DNA from: Omnitrophica WOR_2 bacterium GWF2_43_52
GTDB lineage: Bacteria; Omnitrophota; Gorgyraeia; Gygaellales; UBA12090
Direction: 5' to 3'
NCBI GenBank assembly: GCA_001805445.1
Contig: MHGF01000036.1
Span: forward strand, 7,526-71,525
DNA: 64,000 nt
Notes under the pieces: model-generated
What the model was told of the DNA's origin: nothing
The model's input: only the letters and a program-made list of their open reading frames with translations
Databases searched by the model: none
Position numbers and translations under genes: made by a program
In this document: positions 49,304 through 59,435 of the stretch, one piece after another
Numbering within the stretch: position 1 is the stretch's first letter
How the letters are laid out: every line of letters starts with the position of its first letter

Positions 49304-51084
49304 ACATAAAGAGCGGCTTGTTGGAAAAGAAAAGCATGGCATTGAGTATTTTTAGTATTGCAGCCATTATCTTTTGTTCCCCTATTTTTCATAACTTTAG
49401 CTATTTAGGGCAGATGGATTGGGACCAGTTTACCTTTTGGAATGCGGTTCCCAGAAAAACGGTCCTGACGTATCATCAATTTCCTCTTTGGAATCCTTAT
49501 GGTAACGGCGGAAATGTTCTCTTAGCCCATCCCCACTCCTCATTTTTATCTCCCTTTTACCTTTTCGTATTATTTTTTGGCCCGGTAACCGGGATAAAAT
49601 TGGAAATTATAGTTCTTTTAATTATCGGAATGCTTGGGATGTTTTTATTGTCTAACCATATGGGGGGGAAAGGAATATCCTCATATGCGCCATCTTTTGT
49701 TTTTATGTTAAGCTCTATTTATCCGCTGCATTTAACTGAAGGCCATGTGGAGTGGTTAGGGATGGCATTTGTCCCATGGTTATTTTTATCTTATCTAAAG
49801 AGTATAGATAATAAGAACTATGTATATGTGGCACTATTACTTTTTGCGGTAATGGTATTAGGGGGTGGCGTTTATATCTCAGTAATAATGGCTGCATTTC
49901 TTACGCTCTATTCATTTGTTATGATTGTGCGAGAAAAAAGAATCGTGTGGCTTAGAAATATAGCTATTATCTTCGCGGGCGTTTTCCTGCTCTCTTCGAT
50001 TAAATTGTTCCCTATGCTTGAGTTTCTAACTCATTCCCCCAGAACTATTGAATCTACGGAAAATATAAGCCCGTTGTTACTTCCTACTATTTTGTTAGAT
50101 AGAAATCAAGGTGGTTTATATGCTCAGACTAAATGGAGTGCTCCTGATAAGAAGGCTTTTGTCGGGAACAATGTAGTGATAGATTACGGTTGGCATGAAT
50201 ATGGCGCATATATAGGAATTATCCCCCTGCTGTTATTTGCCGGGGGCATATTTTTTAGCTTTAAAAAACAATGGCCATTCCTCTTGATTGGAATTATTTT
50301 TCTGATACTGAGCTTGGGGCGAGGTTTTCCCATTGATCTATGGCGGATACTGCATTTTTTACCAATCTATGATTCCCTCCATGTACCTTCAAGATTAATC
50401 CTTATTTTTATTTTCGTTCTTTCCATCTTTTCCGGTTTATGTTTATCAAAAATTGAAGAAAACATGAAAAAAATGAATACAGGCAGGGCAGGAGTATTTC
50501 TGATAGTTTTGTTCATTTTTTTAGATTTATATTTAGTGAATGGCTTTATTTTAAAGCAGGCATTTGTAATTGCACCAATAAGAGTTGAATATAACGCAGA
50601 ATTTAAGCAAAGGTATGATTCCGTTAATTTTTATCCCGCTATTAGCCGCAGCGCTATGTATCCCATCTTTTTAAGCAATAGCGGGATACTTGACGCGTAT
50701 GAAGTGATAAATGTTAAAAAGGGAAATGTTCTTGCAGTTAAGGATCCTGGGTATAGAGGGGAGGTTTATTTAGCTGACGGCAAAGGTAGCGCAACGATTA
50801 CTTCTTTTTCTCCCAATAGAATAGTTGTAAATGTTAACGCTCATGACGTGGATACTTTAGTTTTGAACCAGAATTATTATAAAGGTTGGAGGCTAAAAGG
50901 TTGTCATGATCCCAGAGTAAGATCTTTTAATGGCCTTATTGCAGCACATGTTGATTCTTCGGATAAGAAAGCAATATTTTTTTATATGCCAAAGAGTTTC
51001 ATCATAGGGTGCCTTGTGACCGGTGCAAGCATAATAACAATATTTTTATTTTTGTTAAAGAGTAAACTGGCAAGCAATGATTAA
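49300..51084 (+). CDS. Polytopic membrane protein, GT-C-like (YfhO-like) candidate glycosyltransferase or polymerase
   Basis: About 12 TM helices; conserved FPLWNPYGNGG loop; C-terminal soluble beta-rich domain; 594 aa. Confidence 0.45.
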   Translation: MNIKSGLLEKKSMALSIFSIAAIIFCSPIFHNFSYLGQMDWDQFTFWNAVPRKTVLTYHQFPLWNPYGNGGNVLLAHPHSSFLSPFYLFVLFFGPVTGIKLEIIVLLIIGMLGMFLLSNHMGGKGISSYAPSFVFMLSSIYPLHLTEGHVEWLGMAFVPWLFLSYLKSIDNKNYVYVALLLFAVMVLGGGVYISVIMAAFLTLYSFVMIVREKRIVWLRNIAIIFAGVFLLSSIKLFPMLEFLTHSPRTIESTENISPLLLPTILLDRNQGGLYAQTKWSAPDKKAFVGNNVVIDYGWHEYGAYIGIIPLLLFAGGIFFSFKKQWPFLLIGIIFLILSLGRGFPIDLWRILHFLPIYDSLHVPSRLILIFIFVLSIFSGLCLSKIEENMKKMNTGRAGVFLIVLFIFLDLYLVNGFILKQAFVIAPIRVEYNAEFKQRYDSVNFYPAISRSAMYPIFLSNSGILDAYEVINVKKGNVLAVKDPGYRGEVYLADGKGSATITSFSPNRIVVNVNAHDVDTLVLNQNYYKGWRLKGCHDPRVRSFNGLIAAHVDSSDKKAIFFYMPKSFIIGCLVTGASIITIFLFLLKSKLASND

Positions 51085-52594
51085 CAAAAAATTCAATAAA
51101 ATATGCCTTATAAGGATGGATTCGCGTATTTTAAAGATAACAGCAGGACATCCTAAACATTTTTCTCCGCCTTTTACGCTAAAATATATACAGGCATTAT
51201 TGGCTAAAAATGAAAATTTCCAGGTTAAGCTGATTGATTGCATAGTTACTTCGGTAGATTTGAAAAATCTTCTTGATCGTTCCCTGGACTGGGGCACAGA
51301 GGTAATGGTTGTTTCTAGCACTACGCATAGCAGGGAACTGGCAATGCAATTCTGTTCGTTGGTTAAGATGAAAAAGGATGTTTTTGTTGTAGCTGTTGGG
51401 CAAGGAGCAACCGCTCATTCTTTTGATTATTGCTTTCCATCGTCTCCTTTTGATGTTGTGTTGCGAGGTGAATCTGAGCAAGAGGTAATTTCTTTGCTTG
51501 AATCTTTGAATAGTGGGGAAAACCAGCAGCAGATCAGAGAAACATACCGTAAGAAGTTGAATGCAAAGGAAGTTACTCTAATTTGGGATTTGGATTCTTT
51601 GCCGTTTCCAGATTATGAGGATAGAGAAATAGAAGCCTACCGCTTTTTTTATCCTATAAGGACATGGAAAAGGCTTCGTTGGGGCCATATTCTTTCGTCC
51701 CGCGGATGCCATCACGGCTGCATATTCTGTTCTCAAATAATCAGGGAAACGTACGGGAATAAAATGAGATTAAGGGACCCTGTGAAGGTAGTTGATGAAA
51801 TTGAATATTTAATGGGCAAGGGCATTAACATTATTGCATTTGATGATGATAATTTTACTGCTTCAGCGCAGCATGTTGTTGCAATATCCTCGGAATTAAT
51901 AAAAAGAAAATTGAAAATTCGGTGGATTGCTCATGCGCGGGCAGATGAACTCAGTATTCCTCTCATGCATCTTATGAAAAAAGCGGGCTGCGTTTTATTG
52001 CGTTTTGGTATTGAATCGGCTTCAGCTCGAATTATCAGGATTCTTAAGAAAAATACCCGGGATACCAATTGGATAGAGACAATTGAAAATATCCTAAGGC
52101 ATTGCAGAAAAACTGGAATCGCAACGCATGCCTTATTTATGGTTGGGAACCCTACTGAGACGTCGGAAGAAATAAAAGCAACGATACAATTAGCTGAAAT
52201 ATTGAAGCCGGATTTAATACAGGTGCATTTTTTTACTCCTTATCCCGGTTCAGTTATATATGAAAATGTCTGTAATCACGTAATCAGAAACCATCAATTG
52301 TCGCAGATGCATCATTATGCTTTCCCAAAGGTAAATTTAGCGTATGTTGATAGTGATGATTTAATGATGTTGCGTGCTCTATTCTATAGAAGGTTTCTAT
52401 TGAGGCCGTCTTTTTTGCTCAAGCATTTTTCCCGATATTTTTTGTATTACCTTGCCAATGGCAGATGTAGATATGCGTTATTAAAGGTTTTTAAAATTTT
52501 ATTTCAACGCAGAGCTGGAAAGCGGTCCCAATTCTGCAGGAAAAGAGACGGTGGTTTTTTGGCGCTCGATGCGCTTAATAACGGGATTATATGA
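51077..52594 (+). CDS. B12-binding domain radical SAM protein
   Basis: Triad GCHHGCIFC, B12-binding N-domain; 505 aa. Confidence 0.8.
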   Translation: MINKKFNKICLIRMDSRILKITAGHPKHFSPPFTLKYIQALLAKNENFQVKLIDCIVTSVDLKNLLDRSLDWGTEVMVVSSTTHSRELAMQFCSLVKMKKDVFVVAVGQGATAHSFDYCFPSSPFDVVLRGESEQEVISLLESLNSGENQQQIRETYRKKLNAKEVTLIWDLDSLPFPDYEDREIEAYRFFYPIRTWKRLRWGHILSSRGCHHGCIFCSQIIRETYGNKMRLRDPVKVVDEIEYLMGKGINIIAFDDDNFTASAQHVVAISSELIKRKLKIRWIAHARADELSIPLMHLMKKAGCVLLRFGIESASARIIRILKKNTRDTNWIETIENILRHCRKTGIATHALFMVGNPTETSEEIKATIQLAEILKPDLIQVHFFTPYPGSVIYENVCNHVIRNHQLSQMHHYAFPKVNLAYVDSDDLMMLRALFYRRFLLRPSFLLKHFSRYFLYYLANGRCRYALLKVFKILFQRRAGKRSQFCRKRDGGFLALDALNNGII

Positions 52595-54039
52595 AAGTTG
52601 CATTAATTTTTCCGACATATGCCCATAAAATATTTACTGAAAATTTGAGCACTGTTGATGAGGAATTTTGTGTCGCTCCGCCGATAATACTGGCCTATGT
52701 GGCTGCGATTCTTGAAAAGCATGGTCACGCGGTAATGTTACTTGATGCAAAAGCATTGACTCTTTCAAAAGAGGAGGCGTTGAAAAGGTTTGTGGCGTTT
52801 GAGCCGGATATATTAGGTTTTAGGGCCGAAACATACTATTTCCATGAAGCATTAGACTGGATCCGCTATCTTAAGGCTCATCTTGGAGTTCCGGTAATAG
52901 CAGGAGGAATTAATTTGACCTTGTATCCTCTCGAAGTTCTTTCTCACCCGGAGATTGATTATGGAATTATTGGTGAGGCTTTTGAGTCTCTCCCGCGGTT
53001 TCTTTCCGCTTTAGAAAATGGCGATGACTATTCGCGCCTGTCCGGCGTCGCCTATAAGGATGATGAAAATAAAGTAGTGATAAATCCTCCTGAGCATAAG
53101 GTGTACGATTTTGATTTATACCCCTATCCTGCACGGCATCTCCTGCCAAACGATAAATATTATTCTTTTGTGTCGCAGCGGAAAAATTTTACCATAATGC
53201 TCACGAGCACGGGGTGCCCTTATGGATGTTTATTTTGCGCGATTCCTTTTTCTTATAGGGTAAGGACTCCTGAAAATGTTGTTGATGAGATTGAAGTTTG
53301 TTATCAAGATTTCGGAGTGCGGGAAATCGATTTTTTTGATGCGGTATTGTTTATGCCCAGAGAGCGCATACGGGAGATTTTTCGCTTAATTCAAAGACGC
53401 AAATTAGATATAGAGTGGTCAGCCCGCTCAAGGATTGATGTAGTCGATGAGCAACTGCTCAAAGAGGCTGCACGGGCAGGATGCAGGCAAATATACTACG
53501 GCATAGAATCTGCAGATCAGCAAATTCTTGATAGTGTGAAAAAGGGGATACAGCCAAAAGCCGTAATTGAAACGATAAAAATTTCTAAGAAGTTTGGTAT
53601 ACGGACTATGGGTTTTTTTATGGTGGGTAACCCCGGCGAAACCAAGGAAAGCGTGCGTAAAACTATAGAATTCTCAAAAACCTTAGGTTTAGATTTCATC
53701 CAGGTTTCGCGGACAATCCCAAAGCCAGGGACAGAACTTGATAATGCGATGATGAAGGTGAGCATGCGTGATTATTGGAGAATGCATGTGCAAGGTGAAG
53801 AAATAGCGCATAGATTGCCAACCCCATGGGTTAATTTAACTGAACAAGAAAAGGAGTCTTTGGCAAAGGAGTTCTATATAAAATTTTATTTTCGCCCAAG
53901 AATTATAGCGCAAAGGATACTGCAGTTGCGATCATGGGAGGAATTTATAAGGTACATCAGAGTTGCGTTGAAAATCATATTCCAGAAATCAGAATTAAGC
54001 TTGAGGCGTACGGGGAGCGAAATAAAAAACTATGAATAA
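52591..54039 (+). CDS. B12-binding domain radical SAM protein
   Basis: Triad GCPYGCLFC; 482 aa. Confidence 0.8.
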   Translation: MKVALIFPTYAHKIFTENLSTVDEEFCVAPPIILAYVAAILEKHGHAVMLLDAKALTLSKEEALKRFVAFEPDILGFRAETYYFHEALDWIRYLKAHLGVPVIAGGINLTLYPLEVLSHPEIDYGIIGEAFESLPRFLSALENGDDYSRLSGVAYKDDENKVVINPPEHKVYDFDLYPYPARHLLPNDKYYSFVSQRKNFTIMLTSTGCPYGCLFCAIPFSYRVRTPENVVDEIEVCYQDFGVREIDFFDAVLFMPRERIREIFRLIQRRKLDIEWSARSRIDVVDEQLLKEAARAGCRQIYYGIESADQQILDSVKKGIQPKAVIETIKISKKFGIRTMGFFMVGNPGETKESVRKTIEFSKTLGLDFIQVSRTIPKPGTELDNAMMKVSMRDYWRMHVQGEEIAHRLPTPWVNLTEQEKESLAKEFYIKFYFRPRIIAQRILQLRSWEEFIRYIRVALKIIFQKSELSLRRTGSEIKNYE

Positions 54040-54174
54040 AAGGAGTTTAAAGAACAGAAGCGCAATAGTGCCTTGTCAAATAATAAAAACCAAAACAGTG
54101 TAGCGGGGTGCGCGAGCTTTTTTTATGACGCTACTATGAGTCAACGCAGGGCGCTTGCGCTTTAAAAGGACAGA

Positions 54175-55626
54175 ATGCATAAACCGAATAAGGTTGTTTT
54201 TATCAGGTTCCCAAAAAACTTACAAAAAAAATCCCATCCGACTGAAACGGTTTGGCCTTTTTCCATAGGCATCGCAGGGACTATACTAAAGAGATTGGGC
54301 TTTTCCATAAAGATAATTGACCTTCAGGTTGAAGAAAATCAGAGATATGACAATGCCATGCAAGCTATTCTGAGCCTTGATATGGATATGCTTTTTGTCC
54401 AATATGAAACGCTTTCACTTTGTTTGGCTTCGTCTTTTTGCGCCCAGTTAAGAAAGGTAAAAGAAAATATTATTGTCATTGGCTTTGGACAGCATGCTTC
54501 TGCTCTTCCTCGTGAACTTATTGAGAGCCATGGGGCAGATATCTGTATCACTACTGACCTTGAGTTTGTTATAGAGGAATTAGTTCATGCTATTCAAAAT
54601 GATAGTCTCGTAAAACTTAAAAATATCGCTTACAAGGATTGCGAGAAGGTTATTATTAAAGAAAGCGCTGTGCCTGATTTTCATCCGGATTCTCTTCCAT
54701 TTGTTGATCCATCCCTTTTTCAGCTTACTCGATACAGGCGAAAAAAGTTTCCCAAGCCATTCTTTTGGGGAAAGGACTGGGGTTTCGTCAGAACAAGCTT
54801 AGGGTGTCCCTACCATTGTATATTCTGTTCGCCTCTTCTAAGGCATTCCATAGAGAAGGCATACAGGGCCCATTCAATAGGGTATATTTATAGGCAAATT
54901 AAATATTACAAAGAAGAGTTTGGGTTAAGGACTTTTTCTATGGAAGACGATATATTCTCCATTGATGAAGACAGGACCCTGCGTCTTTGCGATGCGCTCA
55001 GAAGCCTAAGAATAAGATGGGTTGTTGATGGGGCCAGGGCCGATAGGTTATCCGCGGCGTTATTAAAAATGATGAAGCAGGCCGGATGTTATGGAATAGG
55101 TATTGGTATCGAGTCAGGAAGTCAGAATATTTTGGATAGTTTAGGAAAGCAGCAAAACAGGGAAAAGATAAAAGAATGCGCCCTTACTATAAAAAAAACA
55201 GGCATGCTGTTGGTCGGGTACGTTATGGTGGGAGCTCCCCGTGAGACCGAGCATGAGGTAGAAGAAACCTTTCGCTTGATACGTGAAATAGCTCCCCATG
55301 TCCTCTACGCGCACTATTTTATCCCTTACCCAGGCTCACAGGCATATGAACTATTTAAAGAAAAGCTTTTTCTTGCGCATATGACGCATTATAGATACCC
55401 TCGAGTGAATTTTAGCAATATGGATGCTATAGTATTAAGGAATTGCATGAAAACGCTCTATGCCCGCTATTATTTATCTTTTAGCTACCTAAAAGAATAT
55501 ATAACAGGGAGATTGAAATATGCGCTCTTTGATATACATGAGGTAATGTTACTTAAAGATGCGATTGTATTTATTATGCGTGGAAATCAAAAAGATGAGA
55601 CTATCGAAAAAATTGAAAGCTTGTAA
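54175..55626 (+). CDS. B12-binding domain radical SAM protein
   Basis: Triad GCPYHCIFC; 483 aa. Confidence 0.8.
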   Translation: MHKPNKVVFIRFPKNLQKKSHPTETVWPFSIGIAGTILKRLGFSIKIIDLQVEENQRYDNAMQAILSLDMDMLFVQYETLSLCLASSFCAQLRKVKENIIVIGFGQHASALPRELIESHGADICITTDLEFVIEELVHAIQNDSLVKLKNIAYKDCEKVIIKESAVPDFHPDSLPFVDPSLFQLTRYRRKKFPKPFFWGKDWGFVRTSLGCPYHCIFCSPLLRHSIEKAYRAHSIGYIYRQIKYYKEEFGLRTFSMEDDIFSIDEDRTLRLCDALRSLRIRWVVDGARADRLSAALLKMMKQAGCYGIGIGIESGSQNILDSLGKQQNREKIKECALTIKKTGMLLVGYVMVGAPRETEHEVEETFRLIREIAPHVLYAHYFIPYPGSQAYELFKEKLFLAHMTHYRYPRVNFSNMDAIVLRNCMKTLYARYYLSFSYLKEYITGRLKYALFDIHEVMLLKDAIVFIMRGNQKDETIEKIESL

Positions 55627-56629
55627 GGAGATTTTTAAGATAAAGATGTTCGGGAAGAGAATGCCTTTAGCAGTGACCTGGAGTATTACCGATAGATGTA
55701 ATTTTCAGTGTTACTATTGCGGCAGGTGGAAGATGAGTACGCAGGAGCTCTCAACAGATGATGCGATGGCGCTTATATCGGGTCTTGCAAACGCGCGGTG
55801 CCTGAGAATAGTCTTTGGGGGAGGGGAACCGTTATTGAGAAAGGACATAGGGCTATTAATTGATTTCTGTAAGAAAAAGGGGATTTCTACCGGCCTGATC
55901 TCAAACGGTTATTTTCTCGCAGAAAGGATAGACGAAATAAGGAATATTGATACGTTGGCATTGAGCATTGACGGAATTGGAGGAGTGTGCGATTTTATAA
56001 GGGGTACGTCAGGAGCCTATGAAAATGTCGTGGCGGCCATTAAAATAGCGAGGAAGAAAAAAATAAGAGTAATCCTGAATACTGTTTTAACAAGGTATAA
56101 TCTGGATCAGGTAGATTTGATTATAGAGTTTGCCACGAAACATGGTGCAGGGGTGATGTTTGGCCCTGTGAGCTCTATTCACTTCGGAGGCAGCGCAATA
56201 GATTCCCTAGTACCCGGCAAATCGGAATTTCGAAATATCATTGATACATTAGTTGGATACAAAAAAGATAAAAAACCTATACTTAATTCTCTTGCCGCGT
56301 TACATTATATGCATGATTGGCCATATTATAAGCAGATACCTTGTTATGCGGGAAGGGTTTTTTGTCATATTTCAGCAAACGGCAGTTTTTATCCCTGCGT
56401 GGCGCTGGAGGGCAGCGTTACGGCATCTTGCCTGCGTCATGATTTTAGTGAAGTTCTGGAGGCAGTTTCGCATAAGACAAGGCATTGTAATGGATGTTGG
56501 TGCACAGGGACATTAGAGTTTAACCAAATGTTATCCCTCAAACTAACGGCATTGATGAGTATTTTACATTTCGCTACATCTCCGCCAAAAATTAGGAACC
56601 GAAGAATTCATGAGCCATGTAAGATTTAA
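55595..56629 (+). CDS. Radical SAM/SPASM-domain protein, paralog 1 of 5
   Basis: PLAVTWSITDRCNFQCYYCG; GGGEPLL; C-terminal Cys cluster CYAGRVFCH...YPC...CNGCWCTGTLEFN. Start chosen at MRLSKKL by alignment with paralogs. Confidence 0.75.
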   Translation: MRLSKKLKACKEIFKIKMFGKRMPLAVTWSITDRCNFQCYYCGRWKMSTQELSTDDAMALISGLANARCLRIVFGGGEPLLRKDIGLLIDFCKKKGISTGLISNGYFLAERIDEIRNIDTLALSIDGIGGVCDFIRGTSGAYENVVAAIKIARKKKIRVILNTVLTRYNLDQVDLIIEFATKHGAGVMFGPVSSIHFGGSAIDSLVPGKSEFRNIIDTLVGYKKDKKPILNSLAALHYMHDWPYYKQIPCYAGRVFCHISANGSFYPCVALEGSVTASCLRHDFSEVLEAVSHKTRHCNGCWCTGTLEFNQMLSLKLTALMSILHFATSPPKIRNRRIHEPCKI

Positions 56630-56695
56630 TGATTTCTGCGGAAGAGGCATGATAGGTAATGAGGAAAGGATGAGGCAGGCCTTTATCGGGTAGTT

Positions 56696-58276
56696 ATGGT
56701 AAAACGTGATACGGTGAAATTTAATGGTGGTTATCAAAGAATATCTGTTTATGCCATTCTTTTCTTGGGGATAGGTGGGTATACTGTGTTCTTTACCGCT
56801 TTGCAAGTAATAAAATACAGGACCTTGTTTACTCTTAATCCAATTAGTTTAGCAGGCTTCAACCAAGTGGCAATTAATACCGCCAGAGGAATCCCTTTTT
56901 ATTGTAGCTTTAGTAATGATGTCTTTGCCAATAATCATTTCCATCTCATTTTTATTCTCCTTGCATTAGCGTATAAAATATATCCCCATATCTATACTTT
57001 ATTTTTTTGCGTAAGTTTTGCTTTAGGAATAGGAGGAGTTGGTATCTATTTGATAACAAAGAAGCTCTTTTCTAGTATTCGGATGGGTGTATTCTTCTTT
57101 ATCGTATATTTACTCTCGCCCGTTTTGCATTTTATAAATTTTGTTGATTTTAGGCCAATTGTATTGAGCATACCTTTTTTTATCTTTATGGTTTACTTCT
57201 ATATGGAAGAAAAATTTATTCCTTTCTTTGTTTTTTCATCATTATTTCTTATGTGCCAGGAACATTTGGCATTTTGCTTGATGATGTTCGGAATATCTTC
57301 TATTTTCCGGAGAAAAAGCCTTCAATGGATACTTATGCCAATTATCTATGGGGGAGCATGGTTCATAGTCACGGCAACAATTATTTTGCCTTCTCTCGGG
57401 TATGAAATCTATAGGCCCCTTGAGGATTACTTCCGCGGGGAAAGAAACAGTTTGGCGCACGGCTGCCTTTGGATACTGGAAAATCCTCTGGCAGCATTGA
57501 AAATTATGTTTTCTTCAAGCCATATTTCTTATTTGGCAATGATAGTTAATCCCGCTATTTTTTCCATGGCAATCTTCTCCCCCGAAATATTGGTTTTCGC
57601 CTTTCCAACTTTCTTGGAGTTGTTGTTGCGTACTGATGCGTACCAGTTTACTCCTGATTTAGCAACTACCAGTATTTCTCCTATTTTTGTTTGCCTATTT
57701 CTGGCGCTTGTCCATAGTTATAAGAAAATATTCACAGCCGTTAATTCTTTGAAGTTACCAAGTGCTATACAAATAGGTTTTAAGAAAATAATATTATTAG
57801 CTTTAGTTTCATGGACATGTACAGGAAATCTTGGAAATAATTTAATCTTTGATAAGAATAGCAGGGAGAAAGGAGTGGATATTGCGGAAAAATTCAAAAG
57901 AGCCACCAATATGTTTGACCCAGTTTTTTATACCATCGAGGAGGATGATTATCTGGCATGGCGTTTGATTTCAGCAATCCCTGTTGAGGCTTCAGTCGCT
58001 ACAAGAGGCGATTTGTTGCCTGCTTTGTCGAATCGTGCCAGGCTCTATGAGTTTGGCAGAGTCGGTTTTCAGAAAAAAGAAAAAGAGGTGGGAGTAGGAA
58101 GTTACCTTTTACCTGACTATATAATTTTTAGAAGGAAAACGTGTTTTTACGGAGCATATAACGATGAGATCGATGACGCAATGGCGCTTGATTTTGCTCA
58201 TAGGCTCATAAACGAGCATACGTATAACAGTGTTGTTGAAAATGATACCTTTGTGTTTTTGAAAAGAAATCCTTAG
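56696..58276 (+). CDS. Polytopic membrane protein (DUF2079-like), paralog of the partial ORF at 62489
   Basis: About 12 TM helices; C-terminal conserved block MFDPVFYTIEEDDYLAWRLISAIPVEASVATRGDLLPALSNRARLYEFG shared with the downstream paralog. Confidence 0.5.
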   Translation: MVKRDTVKFNGGYQRISVYAILFLGIGGYTVFFTALQVIKYRTLFTLNPISLAGFNQVAINTARGIPFYCSFSNDVFANNHFHLIFILLALAYKIYPHIYTLFFCVSFALGIGGVGIYLITKKLFSSIRMGVFFFIVYLLSPVLHFINFVDFRPIVLSIPFFIFMVYFYMEEKFIPFFVFSSLFLMCQEHLAFCLMMFGISSIFRRKSLQWILMPIIYGGAWFIVTATIILPSLGYEIYRPLEDYFRGERNSLAHGCLWILENPLAALKIMFSSSHISYLAMIVNPAIFSMAIFSPEILVFAFPTFLELLLRTDAYQFTPDLATTSISPIFVCLFLALVHSYKKIFTAVNSLKLPSAIQIGFKKIILLALVSWTCTGNLGNNLIFDKNSREKGVDIAEKFKRATNMFDPVFYTIEEDDYLAWRLISAIPVEASVATRGDLLPALSNRARLYEFGRVGFQKKEKEVGVGSYLLPDYIIFRRKTCFYGAYNDEIDDAMALDFAHRLINEHTYNSVVENDTFVFLKRNP

Positions 58277-58311
58277 GGTTTTTCTTTAGCGTAGCACGTT
58301 GCTAAATAAAA

Positions 58312-59364
58312 ATGTTTTATTCTGCGAGCATGGATGTAAAGGGATTGGCCAACCTGAAGGATAAGATGCGGCGTATTGTATCCTTTTCTTTGCCTATTTT
58401 GAAAGCGCGGTTTCTTAAGCGGAAAATACCGTTATTTGTAGGCTGGGAATTGACTAATCGTTGTAATCTGAAATGTAGATATTGCGGTGTCGCTCACGCG
58501 GTAAGGGGAGGGGAATTAGACACGCAACGCATTTTGTTAATGGTAGATGGATTAAAACTGTTAGGTACACGGTTTATCAGTTTTACCGGCGGCGAGCCTT
58601 TGTTACGGCCTGATATAGGTTTAATTATAGATTATTGCAGGCAAAAGAATGTTTTTACTTCTCTCAATTCAAATGGAATTCTGGTGAAACAAAAGATTTC
58701 TGAAATTAAGAATGTTAATTGCGTCTGTCTTAGTTTAGATGGAGCAGAGGAAATCCATGATTCTATACGAGGAGCGGGGGTCTTTAAAGCGGTAATAGAG
58801 GCTGCCAGGATTATACAAAGAACAAACATCCCGTTAAAATTTTTTGTCACATTAACAGGTATTAATGTAAATCAAATTGATTTCCTAATAAACATAGCTA
58901 TGGAATATAATGCGGTTTTAGTCTTCCAGCCATCGGTACAAAATAAGCTTTATTCTAACGAGGTTAATGAGATATGCCTCTCGCGCGCAGAGAACGAAAT
59001 GGTTTTTAGACAATTGATATGCCGCAAGAGAAGACTAAGGAAAATGGTGATAGCGAATTCATACATGAATTTAGCGCATCTTAGCCATTGGCCTCATCCT
59101 CGATATATCCGTTGCGCGTCAGGGCATATCACGGGCCGTATCAAGAGTAACGGCGATTTTGCCCCATGCAACCGTTATGCGCTTCAAACAGCCGCAGGCG
59201 CGTCTCTGAGCCCGATGGATTTGAAGAGAAAATACCTTGCTCTTCAGAATATTTCCTGCGAAGAATGTTGGTGCGCTAATCGGGTAGAATTAAACTTGCT
59301 CTTTGCCCTGCAGTTAGAGCCAATTATTAATAGCATTAGGTATTTAGCGAGCAATAAAAAATAG
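58312..59364 (+). CDS. Radical SAM/SPASM-domain protein, paralog 2
   Basis: IPLFVGWELTNRCNLKCRYCG; FTGGEPLL; C-terminal CxxCWC. Confidence 0.75.
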   Translation: MFYSASMDVKGLANLKDKMRRIVSFSLPILKARFLKRKIPLFVGWELTNRCNLKCRYCGVAHAVRGGELDTQRILLMVDGLKLLGTRFISFTGGEPLLRPDIGLIIDYCRQKNVFTSLNSNGILVKQKISEIKNVNCVCLSLDGAEEIHDSIRGAGVFKAVIEAARIIQRTNIPLKFFVTLTGINVNQIDFLINIAMEYNAVLVFQPSVQNKLYSNEVNEICLSRAENEMVFRQLICRKRRLRKMVIANSYMNLAHLSHWPHPRYIRCASGHITGRIKSNGDFAPCNRYALQTAAGASLSPMDLKRKYLALQNISCEECWCANRVELNLLFALQLEPIINSIRYLASNKK

Positions 59365-59435
59365 AATGAAAAAGCAGCTATGCAATGAATGCTGGCAGAC
59401 AATAGCAGGGGTGAATCCTGCTAAGGAGGCTGTGC

